Assembly: GCA_963845065.1 (NCBI GenBank) | Contig: CAWJQQ010000009.1 | Span: 928,001 to 992,000, forward strand | DNA length: 64,000 nucleotides | Reading direction: 5' to 3' | Origin: Nitrospirota bacterium | GTDB taxonomy: Bacteria; Nitrospirota; UBA9217 | Shown here: positions 55,801-64,000 of the stretch, piece after piece | Position numbering within the stretch: the first letter of the stretch is position 1 | Layout: the number at the start of each line of letters is the position of its first letter | Notes under the pieces: generated by a model | What the model saw: only the letters and a program-made list of their open reading frames with translations | Told to the model about the DNA's origin: nothing | The model's database searches: none | Made by a program: the position numbers and the translations under genes

Positions 55801-58045
55801 CTTCACAGCAACAGTAGTCAGCACCACCAGCGGTATTCCTACCGGTACCGTGCAGTTCTATGACGGCTCAAGCGGATTAGGATCGCCGGTAACCCTTTCC
55901 TCCAGCGGGACGGCTACCTTTGTTTATGCATTTGTTTCAACTGGTACCCACACAATAACAGCGACGTACAGTGGAGATCCGAACTTCAACTTATCATCTA
56001 CGGTGACGCCTCTTGTTCAGAATGTGGCGCTTAACATTACGACGACGACTATATCCTTAATTACGGGCTCGAACCCGTCAGCTTACGGTACACTCCTGAC
56101 CTTCTCGTCATCGGTCACTAGCACGGGCGGCACGCCGACTGGTACAGTGACTTTCAAGGACAATGGTTCAACAATTATCGGTACGAGTACGTTGACCAGC
56201 GGTATTGCCACTCTCAGCACAAGCACTCTGGGAGGCGGCTCGAATTCAATAACGGCAACATACAGTGGTGACGTCAACTATGGTGGGTCGGTATCGTCCC
56301 CGGCGCTCTCCCAGACTGTGAACCCAGCATCACAGTCAATCACATTTGGCGCTTTAGCACCACAAACGTATGCCAACAACGGCACAGTTGTACTCGGGGC
56401 TACTGATAGTTCCGGCTTGGCAATAAGTTATGCGAGTTCGAATCCCGGCGTGGCTACGGTAAGCGGCAATATTGTTACCATTGTGAGCGCCGGATCTACG
56501 ACCATTACAGCATCACAATCGGGAAACAGTAACTACATCGCCGCGGCAAATGTGTCGCAGCTTCTGACCGTGAACCAGGCTCCACAGACGATTCCATTTG
56601 GCGCTTTGACAGCACAAACGTATGGCAACGGTACAATTGCACTTCCGGCTACTGCTAGTTCCGGCCTGACAGTAAGTTACGGGAGTTCAAATTCCGGCGT
56701 GGCTACGGTAAGCGGCAATATTGTTACCATTGTGAGTGTAGGAACAACGACAATCACCGCTTCACAGGCTGGAAATGTAGACTACACTGCCGCGCCACTC
56801 GTGTTGCAGCCTCTGACGGTGAACAAGGCAACACTCACGGTGACGGCGAATAACTTGAACAGGCCATATCTTGTTTCCAACCCGACGTTAACTTGGACGT
56901 ACGGCGGGTTTGTTAATATCGATACGGCAGCGGTGCTGAGTGGTTCTCCGGCGCTTTCAACCACGGCAACGACTTCGAGCCCGCAAGGAGCTTATCCCAT
57001 CACCATAACTCAAGGTAATCTTTCTGCGACCAATTACACCTTCAGCTTCGTGAACGGTACGCTGACGGTAGGGCTCATGCCGCAGTCCATTATCTTCAGT
57101 CCCTTGGCGGCAGTGACCTACGGCAACGCTGATTTTTCGCCCGGTGCAGCGGCGAGTTCCGGTTTGCCGGTATCTTACGCCAGCTCGAATACCGCAGTGG
57201 CGACGGTCATAGGTAGCAATATACATATCGTGGGAGCAGGGGCCACCACGATTACTGCATCACAGCCAGGGGACGGCAGCACCTACGGTGTGGCGACCCC
57301 GGTGTTACAGTCCCTTACCGTAAACCCAGCAGCGCTTATAGTAACGGCAAACAATGCGAGCAGGGCGTACAACGCTGCCAACCCGACATTCACTGCAAGT
57401 TATAGCGGATTTGTGAACAGCGATACTAGCGCAGTGGTTACCGGTACCCCGGTATTTACGACAACGGCGACAGCCGCGAGTCAACCAGGGCCTTATCCCA
57501 TCAATGTGTCTATCGGTACTCTTACAGCGGCGAATTACACCTTCAGCAGCTTTGTACCTGGTACGTTGACGGTGGGCCTCCAAGCGCAGTCCATTACATT
57601 CGGTCCATTGGTAGGAGATGCCGTAGGTGACGCTGATTTTGCGCCCGGGGCTGTGGCAAGCTCAGGCTTGACGGTATCGTACATCAGCTCGAACACATCA
57701 GTGGCGACAATCGTAAATAATAACATCCATATCGTAGGTGCGGGAACGACAACGATTACCGCATCGCAGGCGGGAAACAGCGACTACGGCGCCGCAACCT
57801 CCATGCAACAGACTCTTAATGTCAACATAGCCGACGGTACTATCAGTGGTACTGGCACCGTGAGTGTTACCGACGCGCTTGAGGCTCTCCGGATTGCAGC
57901 GGGGATTGATACGCCGACTCAAACGGATCTCGAACATCTGGACGTGGCGCCGCTGGTAAATGGTCAACGTCATCCGGATGGCAAGATCGACATTTCAGAC
58001 GTAGTGGTGATCCTGAGAAAGGCAGCGGGGCTGCCAAGCTGGTAA
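52883..58045 (+). CDS. Giant secreted protein: delta-60-like beta-propeller, Big_3/MBG-like repeats, C-terminal dockerin
   Basis: Signal peptide; ARLNANGTLDTSF repeats; LTVTANN..R.Y...NP MBG-like units; C-terminal GTVSVTDALEALRIAAG...DGKIDISDVVVILRKAAG. Confidence 0.88.
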   Translation: MIRESRIITRLMRGKLPYLTACLAVVGALMLAGTSFGAWIADSTFNPTVTCPNTPDPTECVEKVLELPNGQVLIGGFIGQVGTQTVTFIARLNANGTLDTSFMPSLDNSVESIVTDSTGSIIIGGHFTQVNGTTRLGIARLNANGAVDLNFNPRLNNCDPAETNTAAVTALALQNDGNLLVGGTFKNVNITTCPTYSLATGVTDTSLRPFFVRLLTAGTGTGAVDTNFNPNMSSTVTSITPLDTGSYASNKQILVGGVFYKTNCSYCGSVSSSGSYTTTTADLSYGPTVTEPACLDNDAPATLVDYGQCLSNNSSNNPENYPPINTKDFSYILFVSESTGAQVGSFNSQRIVGEDLVNSVVLQSDGTVVVGGNVESLTSGQPYLQRMLSDGSIDSSWNPNVNGPVSAVFSSPSNTQLISGGTFSTVNGLTFNNVALFTSPSGSLDPTFNPNTNGLVESISSSPSGTNIIIGGGFTQVGTLARSYIARLYNDGKTTTSTSILAPISTYGSGTVTVTVTGAPGTPTGSVGLSIDSGPTTSLTLNGSGSALFSTATVSAGNHSLAATYGATSTYETSFATGSLTVLPATLLVTANSVSRPYLTPNPALTESYTGFVNGQTVSSALSGSPTLTTTALLSSLTGTYPIIITAGTGTGSLTAVNYGFNFVNGVLTITAATSSISVISSSLTSTYGSSVTFTAMVNSTATGSVTFKDGGTTLGVGIVSSGTATYSTSLLSAGTHTITAVYGGDTDFAGSTSSAIIQTVNKMSTTSSVISSSPSSSYGNSVTFTATVVGIGATGTVTFKDGVTSLGTGTLTAGTAIYSTSLLSAGTHTITVVYSGDTNFATSTSIPIPQSVGQLTSTTIITSPTSGTSANYGTLVTFTASVTSGATGTVTFYDGGSPIGTGTLLSGIASFSTSSLGVATSPHSITASYGGDTNYSGSTTSSSVAVLILRTSTVTGISDNNIQSSGLNQNVTFTATVVSTTSGIPTGTVQFYDGSSGLGSPVTLSSSGTATFVYAFVSTGTHTITATYSGDPNFNLSSTVTPLVQNVALNITTTTISLITGSNPSAYGTLLTFSSSVTSTGGTPTGTVTFKDNGSTIIGTSTLTSGIATLSTSTLGGGSNSITATYSGDVNYGGSVSSPALSQTVNPASQSITFGALAPQTYANNGTVVLGATDSSGLAISYASSNPGVATVSGNIVTIVSAGSTTITASQSGNSNYIAAANVSQLLTVNQAPQTIPFGALTAQTYGNGTIALPATASSGLTVSYGSSNSGVATVSGNIVTIVSVGTTTITASQAGNVDYTAAPLVLQPLTVNKATLTVTANNLNRPYLVSNPTLTWTYGGFVNIDTAAVLSGSPALSTTATTSSPQGAYPITITQGNLSATNYTFSFVNGTLTVGLMPQSIIFSPLAAVTYGNADFSPGAAASSGLPVSYASSNTAVATVIGSNIHIVGAGATTITASQPGDGSTYGVATPVLQSLTVNPAALIVTANNASRAYNAANPTFTASYSGFVNSDTSAVVTGTPVFTTTATAASQPGPYPINVSIGTLTAANYTFSSFVPGTLTVGLQAQSITFGPLVGDAVGDADFAPGAVASSGLTVSYISSNTSVATIVNNNIHIVGAGTTTITASQAGNSDYGAATSMQQTLNVNIADGTISGTGTVSVTDALEALRIAAGIDTPTQTDLEHLDVAPLVNGQRHPDGKIDISDVVVILRKAAGLPSW

Positions 58046-58056
58046 TGCGAAACTCA

Positions 58057-58113
58057 CTGATGGGGTCACAGGATGAGTAGACGCGCGAATCTCTTTTCCT
58101 GTGACCCTATCAG
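58057..58113 (+). terminator. Strong intergenic stem-loop (17-bp arms)
   Basis: CTGATGGGGTCACAGGA / TCCTGTGACCCTATCAG (one G-U pair), followed by AAGATGTTTTTT. Confidence 0.6.
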
Positions 58114-58179
58114 AAGATGTTTTTTCCCGATATGGAACAACACTCAAAAGTTATGAATAATATTGCTGGAGGATTAAAA

Positions 58180-58734
58180 ATGAAAAAGAAATCCCTGTTG
58201 AATTTGCTCATGCTTGCTGGTGCACTGATAATCCTTCCTTATTGCGGTGGCGGAGGCGGGGGCAATCCTCCTGCTCCTCCCCAGCAGAATACGACGGCGG
58301 TGCTCACCCTATCAACCGCAATCACAGGCACGTTTCCAACTACAACCACGATCAGCGGCTATGATGTCACGATCACGCTGCCCACGGGGGTAACCGTCAA
58401 TGCATCTTCTGATGTCAACAACCCTGCGATTCTGGATGTGTCCCCGACCGTGCTCACTGCAACGGGTTCTGCTTCAGGAGCCATAATCATCGGAACCTAC
58501 ACGCCAGCAACAAGCAGCACGCCGGCCACGGTGACAGTTAATATCGCTAACTACAACGGAATCAGCGCCGGCGCCTTCTGCACGTTAACCTGCAATATCG
58601 CCGCAGGCACGAACCTGAGCGCTTCGAATTTCGTGCAGCCTACGCTCGATAATGCTACGGGCTTCGACACATCGGATTCTACTGTCCCTCTGACCCAGGA
58701 TTTGTCTCTGGCAGAGACAGCGGTTCTCAACTAA
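58180..58734 (+). CDS. Lipoprotein with cohesin-like beta-sandwich
   Basis: MKKK + hydrophobic stretch + C-GGGGGG-Pro linker; ISGYDVTITLP...NGISAGAFCTLTCNI; GGAGG RBS before ATG 58180. Confidence 0.7.
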   Translation: MKKKSLLNLLMLAGALIILPYCGGGGGGNPPAPPQQNTTAVLTLSTAITGTFPTTTTISGYDVTITLPTGVTVNASSDVNNPAILDVSPTVLTATGSASGAIIIGTYTPATSSTPATVTVNIANYNGISAGAFCTLTCNIAAGTNLSASNFVQPTLDNATGFDTSDSTVPLTQDLSLAETAVLN

Positions 58735-58789
58735 AGATTGTGTATTGCTAGAGGCTGCGTACCGGACATAACAATCGACGAGGATCATC

Positions 58790-60382
58790 ATGGTAAATGC
58801 CATCGTTTCGGAAAAAGCACAGGAAACACCCGGCCATTTAGCGGTCATTCAAGGACACCGCCGAATTACCTATAACGAGCTGGACTCGCAGATTGCACAT
58901 ATGGCAGCGTTTCTTGTTCAGATTGGAATACAAAAAGGCGATCGAATCGGCGTTATTAGTAAAAACTCGGCTGATTACATCACTGCCTACTTCGGCATAC
59001 AGCGGGCTGGAGGCATCCCCGTCGATATCAATTTTCAGGCGTCTGTCAATGAACTTAAGACGATTGTCAATCATTGTGGCATTGCAGCATTGATTGTGGA
59101 AAATAATCATATTGATACAGTCGTCCATGCGGTCGAGCATACGCCGTCAGTCAAGGCCATTGTCGGTATGGAGCGGCGGGCGCGGGGTTTCTCCGCCGTA
59201 CGGAAAAAAATTCCCGCGAATATTCAATATGTCATCCTTGACGATATTATGAAGGGCGAGTATGGGACATGCGTCCTTCCGGAAATGACCGGTCACGATA
59301 TAGCCTCGATCATGTATACATCTGATGGCGCCAGGAAACCAAAAGGGGTGACGCTGTCCTACGACAATATCGAGACCAATGCCCGTTCAATAATGGAGTA
59401 TCTCCGCCTCAGTGACCAGGACAAGATCATGGTTGTGCTTCCCTTGTGCTATTCATACGGGAAATCCCTGCTTATCACACATTTGATGGCAGGAGCCACA
59501 TTGGTGCTCGAGAACGGCTTTCTGCATCCCGATTCAGTACTTGATAAAATGGTGCAGGAGGAAGTTACTGGCTTTGCGGGGGTCCCCTCGACGTTTGCGA
59601 TTCTGCTCAACAGGTCACATTTCAGGGATTATCGCTTTCCGAAACTGCGGTATGTGACCCAGGCAGGCGGGGCGATGCCGCCCCAACACACACGAGAGCT
59701 TGCCGCGCTGTTGCCGGATGCGCGAATCTATATTATGTACGGGCAAAGGGAAGCGACCGCCCAGCTGACCTGCCTGGCGCCCGAAGACCTGATCAATCGG
59801 CTGGGCTCAATCGGAAAAGCCGTGCCGGACGTAGAGATCGAACTGGTGCGCGAGGAGCAAAAAGCGCAGGCTGGAGATGTAAGCGAGGGGGAAATCGTCG
59901 CCAAGGGGAAAAGCATCATGATCGGTTATTGGAACGATCCAGAAGAAACAAACAAGGTGCTGAAGGATGGCAGGCTGTATACCGGCGATATTGGCAAGAT
60001 GGACAAGGACGGCTACATTTATTTTGTCGGTCGGAAGAGCGACAGGATAAACATAGGCGCCCATTGGGTAAGTCCGAAAGAAATAGAAGACGTAATTCAC
60101 GAGATGAGTGAAGTTCATGAGGCCAGCGTTGTCGGGATTCAGGACGACAAGCATGGTGAAGCGATTCGGGCAGTCGTGGTTGTAAAAGAGGGGTATACAC
60201 TGGACGCGCATAAGGTTCAGAGATACTGCGGGGAGAAATTGGAGCCATATAAGACGCCGAAAGAAGTCTTTTTTGTCGATTCCCTGCCAAAATCAACCAG
60301 CGGGAAAGTCATGAGATACATACTCAAAAGCAGGCTTGCGATCACCTCAGCTAATGTTTTAACAAGGGCGGCCATCTTATGA
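58790..60382 (+). CDS. ANL-family adenylating ligase, degenerate paralogue
   Basis: ANL motifs throughout, but YTSDGARKPKG and YGQREA. Confidence 0.88.
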   Translation: MVNAIVSEKAQETPGHLAVIQGHRRITYNELDSQIAHMAAFLVQIGIQKGDRIGVISKNSADYITAYFGIQRAGGIPVDINFQASVNELKTIVNHCGIAALIVENNHIDTVVHAVEHTPSVKAIVGMERRARGFSAVRKKIPANIQYVILDDIMKGEYGTCVLPEMTGHDIASIMYTSDGARKPKGVTLSYDNIETNARSIMEYLRLSDQDKIMVVLPLCYSYGKSLLITHLMAGATLVLENGFLHPDSVLDKMVQEEVTGFAGVPSTFAILLNRSHFRDYRFPKLRYVTQAGGAMPPQHTRELAALLPDARIYIMYGQREATAQLTCLAPEDLINRLGSIGKAVPDVEIELVREEQKAQAGDVSEGEIVAKGKSIMIGYWNDPEETNKVLKDGRLYTGDIGKMDKDGYIYFVGRKSDRINIGAHWVSPKEIEDVIHEMSEVHEASVVGIQDDKHGEAIRAVVVVKEGYTLDAHKVQRYCGEKLEPYKTPKEVFFVDSLPKSTSGKVMRYILKSRLAITSANVLTRAAIL

Positions 60383-60533
60383 AGATCAGTTTTTTCTTGG
60401 CTCGTGCTAAAACCTTCTCGACCTCAAATGTAACGTTCTTTTACCGCCGCCGAATAAGGGCGGTCATACAATACTGATCAAAAAACCTCTTGCAAGATAA
60501 AAAACATAAGGTACTCACGATGGGGGTAACGTT

Positions 60534-60830
60534 ATGAACATAAAATCTGAAATCAGGAAATACATTATTGAGAACTTCCTATATGGTAATGACGACAACA
60601 CGCTTAACGATGATGTCTCGTTTCTGGAAAACGGGATCATTGACTCGACGGGAGTGCTCGAGTTAGTCTCCTTTGTACAGGAGGCCTTCGGTATCAAAGT
60701 GAAGGACGATGAACTCATCCCCAACAACTTCGATTCCTTGAGCAAACTCGAAGCTTATATAGTAAGTAAGCAGATAAGTGATAAAACACGGGTCGATGCC
60801 GCACAAACCGCAGCTTCCCCGGTTTCCTAG
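60534..60830 (+). CDS. Acyl/aminoacyl carrier protein
   Basis: GIIDSTGVLELV phosphopantetheine Ser motif. Confidence 0.93.
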   Translation: MNIKSEIRKYIIENFLYGNDDNTLNDDVSFLENGIIDSTGVLELVSFVQEAFGIKVKDDELIPNNFDSLSKLEAYIVSKQISDKTRVDAAQTAASPVS

Positions 60831-60837
60831 GCGCGCC

Positions 60838-62406
60838 ATGCTTCACTCTTTTATAACCCAGATAGCACGTCTCAAACCCGATTCTGTCGCGGTCATCCAG
60901 GGGACGCGACAGGTGTCCTATCTCGAGCTTGAGCAGAACATTGCGAGGATTGCGTCATTTCTTTTGCGAAATAGCATTTCGAAGGGAGACCGCGTCGGAA
61001 TCCTCAGCAAGAACTCAGCCGCCTATATAGCCGCATACATAGGCATACAGCGGGCGGGGGGAATATCCGTTGACATCAACTTTCAGGATTCTCCGCATGA
61101 GATCAAAACAATAATCAACCATTGTGCCATTTCGGTACTGATCGTCGAGCATACTTATGCCTCTATCGCAGCCGAGGCAACCAGGGAAACGCCGTCAATC
61201 CGCATGATGATTGAAATTGGGAAATTACCGGTCGGCTCAACGGGGTTAAGGGAGAAGCTTCCTTCACATATACGGTATGCGACGTGGGGCGAAATCCAGG
61301 GACAGGGAGGCGACAACGATTCGCCTGCCATGTTAACCGGAACGGACATCGCGTCTATTGTTTATACGTCAGGCACGACCGGCAAGCCAAAAGGCGTAAT
61401 GCTGTCCCATGACAATTACCTGGCGAATGCCCGATCGATTATTGAGTATCTGCGGCTCACCGAAATGGACAAGGTCATGGTCGTTCTGCCCTTCTGCTAT
61501 TCGTATGGGAAATCGCTGCTCACTACCCATTTACTGGCAGGCGGGACATTGGTGCTTGAAAACAGCTTCATGTACCCCAATTCAGTGTTCGACAAGATGA
61601 TCGAAGAGGGTGTCACCGGCTTTGCTGGTGTGCCGTCGACATTCGCCATCATGCTCAACCGCTCGAACATCAGGAATTACCAGTTCCCGAACCTGCGGTA
61701 TGTGACCCAGGCGGGCGGCGCGATGTCGCCGCAGCACGCGCGGGAGCTTTCCCTCATCTTGCCGCATACCCAGGTCTATATCATGTATGGACAGACTGAG
61801 GCGACTGCTCGGCTGACCTACCTTGAGCCGGAGTGCCTTCTGAAGCGGCCCGGTTCGATCGGGAAAGCCATCCCGGGAGTAGAGATCGACATCGTCGGCG
61901 AAGAAGGAGGGTCGGTGGGCAACGGCCAGGAAGGTGAAATCGTCGCACATGGAAAAAACATCATGGTAGGCTACTGGAACGACCCTGAGCAGACGAACAA
62001 GGTGTTGAGGGAAGGTAGACTTTATACTGGCGATATCGGCAGGAAGGACGAGGATGGTTATCTCTATATTGTTGGACGCCGGAGCGACATGATCAAAAGC
62101 GGTGCCCATCGAATCAGCCCAAAGGAAATTGAAGAGGTTATCCTGGAGCTGCACGAGGTCCATGAGGTCGGCGTTGTAAGCGTCCCTGATGAGATACTCG
62201 GCGAGGCGATACGGGCCGTTATCGTGCTGAAAGAGGGTTATGCACAGGACGCAAAAAAGGTCCAGCGACACTGCCAGACAAAACTTGCATCTTTCAAGAT
62301 CCCTAAGGAAGTTGTATTTACCGACGAGCTGCCGAAAACCAGCTCGGGGAAAATACGAAAATTTCTGCTAAAAGAACAGAATTTGACGGGCGAAGCCATA
62401 CGCTAA
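60838..62406 (+). CDS. ANL-family adenylating ligase (intact motifs)
   Basis: YTSGTTGKPKG, YGQTEA, YTGDIG, GRRSDMIKSG, PKTSSGKI. Confidence 0.94.
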   Translation: MLHSFITQIARLKPDSVAVIQGTRQVSYLELEQNIARIASFLLRNSISKGDRVGILSKNSAAYIAAYIGIQRAGGISVDINFQDSPHEIKTIINHCAISVLIVEHTYASIAAEATRETPSIRMMIEIGKLPVGSTGLREKLPSHIRYATWGEIQGQGGDNDSPAMLTGTDIASIVYTSGTTGKPKGVMLSHDNYLANARSIIEYLRLTEMDKVMVVLPFCYSYGKSLLTTHLLAGGTLVLENSFMYPNSVFDKMIEEGVTGFAGVPSTFAIMLNRSNIRNYQFPNLRYVTQAGGAMSPQHARELSLILPHTQVYIMYGQTEATARLTYLEPECLLKRPGSIGKAIPGVEIDIVGEEGGSVGNGQEGEIVAHGKNIMVGYWNDPEQTNKVLREGRLYTGDIGRKDEDGYLYIVGRRSDMIKSGAHRISPKEIEEVILELHEVHEVGVVSVPDEILGEAIRAVIVLKEGYAQDAKKVQRHCQTKLASFKIPKEVVFTDELPKTSSGKIRKFLLKEQNLTGEAIR

Positions 62407-62422
62407 ATCGACGGAGTTAGCA

Positions 62423-63436
62423 ATGAGAATCTGCTCACAGTGCATATTGCCGGAAACCTTTCCCGGAATCAGCTTGAACGCCGAAGGGCTGTGCAGCCAT
62501 TGCCAGCAGTTCGTCAGGAAGAAAGATCGGCTCGCGGATTTAAAAAAGGAGTACGAACAGAGATTTATCGATTTGGTGAATCAGGTTGTGCACCAGTCCG
62601 GCCGCGCCGGTCAGCGCGCCTATGACGTCCTTATGGCATACAGTGGCGGCAAAGACTCGACTTACACCATGAGTCTGCTCAGGAACAAGTACAAACTTAG
62701 GGTTTTGGCAATGAGCCTCGACAACGGATTCGTATCCCCAGCGGCGATCACGAACATCAAGAACGTGACTGATAGCCTCGGTATCGATTTTGTATTCTTC
62801 AAGCCGCGGTGGGATCTTTTAAAAAAGATCTTTTCGACGGCGGCGGAGCGGGAGCTGTATGCCAAAAAGACACTGGAGCGGGCGAGCACCATATGCACCT
62901 CCTGTATTGGCCTCGTGAAGTCGTTGTGCCTGAAAATGGCTGTGGAACAGGAGATCCCGATGATCGCGTTCGGATGGTCCCCAGGCCAGGCGCCGGTGGA
63001 AGCATCGATCATGAAGAATAATCCCTCACTTGTGAGAATGGCCCAGCAGGCGATCCTTGGCCCCCTTCGCGAAGTGGCCGGTGGGGAGATTGAAACGTAT
63101 TTCCTCAAGGAGAGACACTATTCAAATCCGGATCTCTTTCCCTACAATGTTCATCCCATGGCGTGGGAGTTCTATAATGAAGAAATGATCATACAAGATA
63201 TACAGAAATTCGGATGGATGCCTCCGGAGGACACAGACAGCAACTCAAGTAACTGTCTGCTAAACGCATATGCAAACGACCTTCATGTGAAACGCTATCA
63301 GTTCCATCCCTATGTTTGGGAGATCGCCAATATGGTGCGGGAAGGGGTCATGACGCGGGAAGAAGGCTACCAAAAAATTTATGCGAAGCAAGACGACAAT
63401 CTGGTCTATGCGGCGCAGGAAAGACTGGCACGCTGA
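62423..63436 (+). CDS. PP-loop N-acetyl-sugar amidotransferase-like protein (WbpG/PseA-like)
   Basis: CSQC...CSHC, SGGKDS, CTSC, NC. Confidence 0.8.
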   Translation: MRICSQCILPETFPGISLNAEGLCSHCQQFVRKKDRLADLKKEYEQRFIDLVNQVVHQSGRAGQRAYDVLMAYSGGKDSTYTMSLLRNKYKLRVLAMSLDNGFVSPAAITNIKNVTDSLGIDFVFFKPRWDLLKKIFSTAAERELYAKKTLERASTICTSCIGLVKSLCLKMAVEQEIPMIAFGWSPGQAPVEASIMKNNPSLVRMAQQAILGPLREVAGGEIETYFLKERHYSNPDLFPYNVHPMAWEFYNEEMIIQDIQKFGWMPPEDTDSNSSNCLLNAYANDLHVKRYQFHPYVWEIANMVREGVMTREEGYQKIYAKQDDNLVYAAQERLAR

Positions 63437-64000
63437 TGTCCGAAGTAAAAAAAATCGAGCAGGGGCAAGGTAGCCCTAACACGATCTGGAACGCCCTCAC
63501 CGTCGACGTGGAAGACTACTTCATGGTCTCCGCGTTTGCCGCCGGGATCAAGTTCGAGGACTGGCCCCGCTATGAGTGCAGGGTTGAGCGTAATACCCAC
63601 AGGATACTCGAACTTTTCGCTAAATATGGGGTTAAAGGAACGTTCTTTGTCTTGGGATGGGTCGCAGAAAACTACCCGGCACTGATAAAAGACATCCAGG
63701 CCGCCGGGCACGAAATCGCCAGCCACGGATATAACCACCGGCTGATATATGATTTGACTCAACATGAGTTTCGGGCAGACATTCGGAGAGCCAAAAGGGC
63801 CGTGGAAGATATCACGGGTGTGCCCGTCAATGGATATCGAGCTACGAGCTATTCCATCGTGAAAAAGACGTTCTGGGCCCTGGACATGCTGGTCGAGGAG
63901 GGATTCCGGTACGACTCTAGTATATATCCGATTCACCATGACCGCTACGGCGTTCCCGGGGCCCAACGGTTCGTCCATACGATCCAAACAGGGGCAGGTG
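63436..64000 (+). CDS. Polysaccharide deacetylase (PEP-CTERM locus type), 3'-truncated; absent from ORF track
   Basis: Read directly: MSEVKK...NALTVDVEDYF...TFFVLGWVAE...GHEIASHGYNH...GYRATSYSI...YDSSIYP. Confidence 0.92.
   Translation, partial: MSEVKKIEQGQGSPNTIWNALTVDVEDYFMVSAFAAGIKFEDWPRYECRVERNTHRILELFAKYGVKGTFFVLGWVAENYPALIKDIQAAGHEIASHGYNHRLIYDLTQHEFRADIRRAKRAVEDITGVPVNGYRATSYSIVKKTFWALDMLVEEGFRYDSSIYPIHHDRYGVPGAQRFVHTIQTGAG

Noticed and set aside
58790..62406. NRPS/PKS secondary-metabolite cluster
   Set aside because: No condensation, ketosynthase or thioesterase domains; the context is polysaccharide biosynthesis
61582..63987. Long antisense ORFs (61582-62271, 63406-63987; similarly 17256-17891 and 38334-38927)
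   Set aside because: Shadows of well-supported genes on the opposite strand, with no motifs

Overview
Bacterial chromosomal window, Gram-negative (outer-membrane proteins, lipoproteins, sigma54 and sigma28 promoters). The gene content resembles Nitrospirota or Desulfobacterota, which is inference only. (i) 1-21.4 kb: two direct copies, 17,560 bp apart, of a histidine kinase/NtrC-family regulator pair. They bracket a patchwork of a decayed tnpB element, a putative RPP-leader/TlpA/outer-membrane barrel unit, UPF0182, a haem-c/CZB chemoreceptor, stand-alone receivers, gtrA and three collapsed toxin-antitoxin relics. (ii) 21.5-24.9 kb: an ankyrin/HEAT lipoprotein and an apparently intact IS605 (tnpA+tnpB). 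(iii) 25.2-32.9 kb (minus): glmS, a highly structured ~190-nt intergenic element, and a GGDEF / ATPase-anti-sigma kinase / STAS / HD-GYP operon. (iv) 33-64 kb: a Wzy-type exopolysaccharide locus of the PEP-CTERM/exosortase-associated type (ExeA-like ATPase, UpxY/NusG, priming transferase, Wza, chain-length protein, tyrosine kinase, OM barrel, epimerase, AsnB, ACP, two adenylating ligases, amidotransferase, deacetylase). Two ~1,700-aa Ser/Thr-rich Ig-repeat surface proteins are embedded in it. The best candidate for an undescribed system is a non-cellulosomal cohesin-dockerin display apparatus: a dockerin-tailed giant adhesin, an adjacent cohesin-like lipoprotein and a divergent cohesin/dockerin-like adaptor. 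All calls come from motif recognition by eye; no searches were run.
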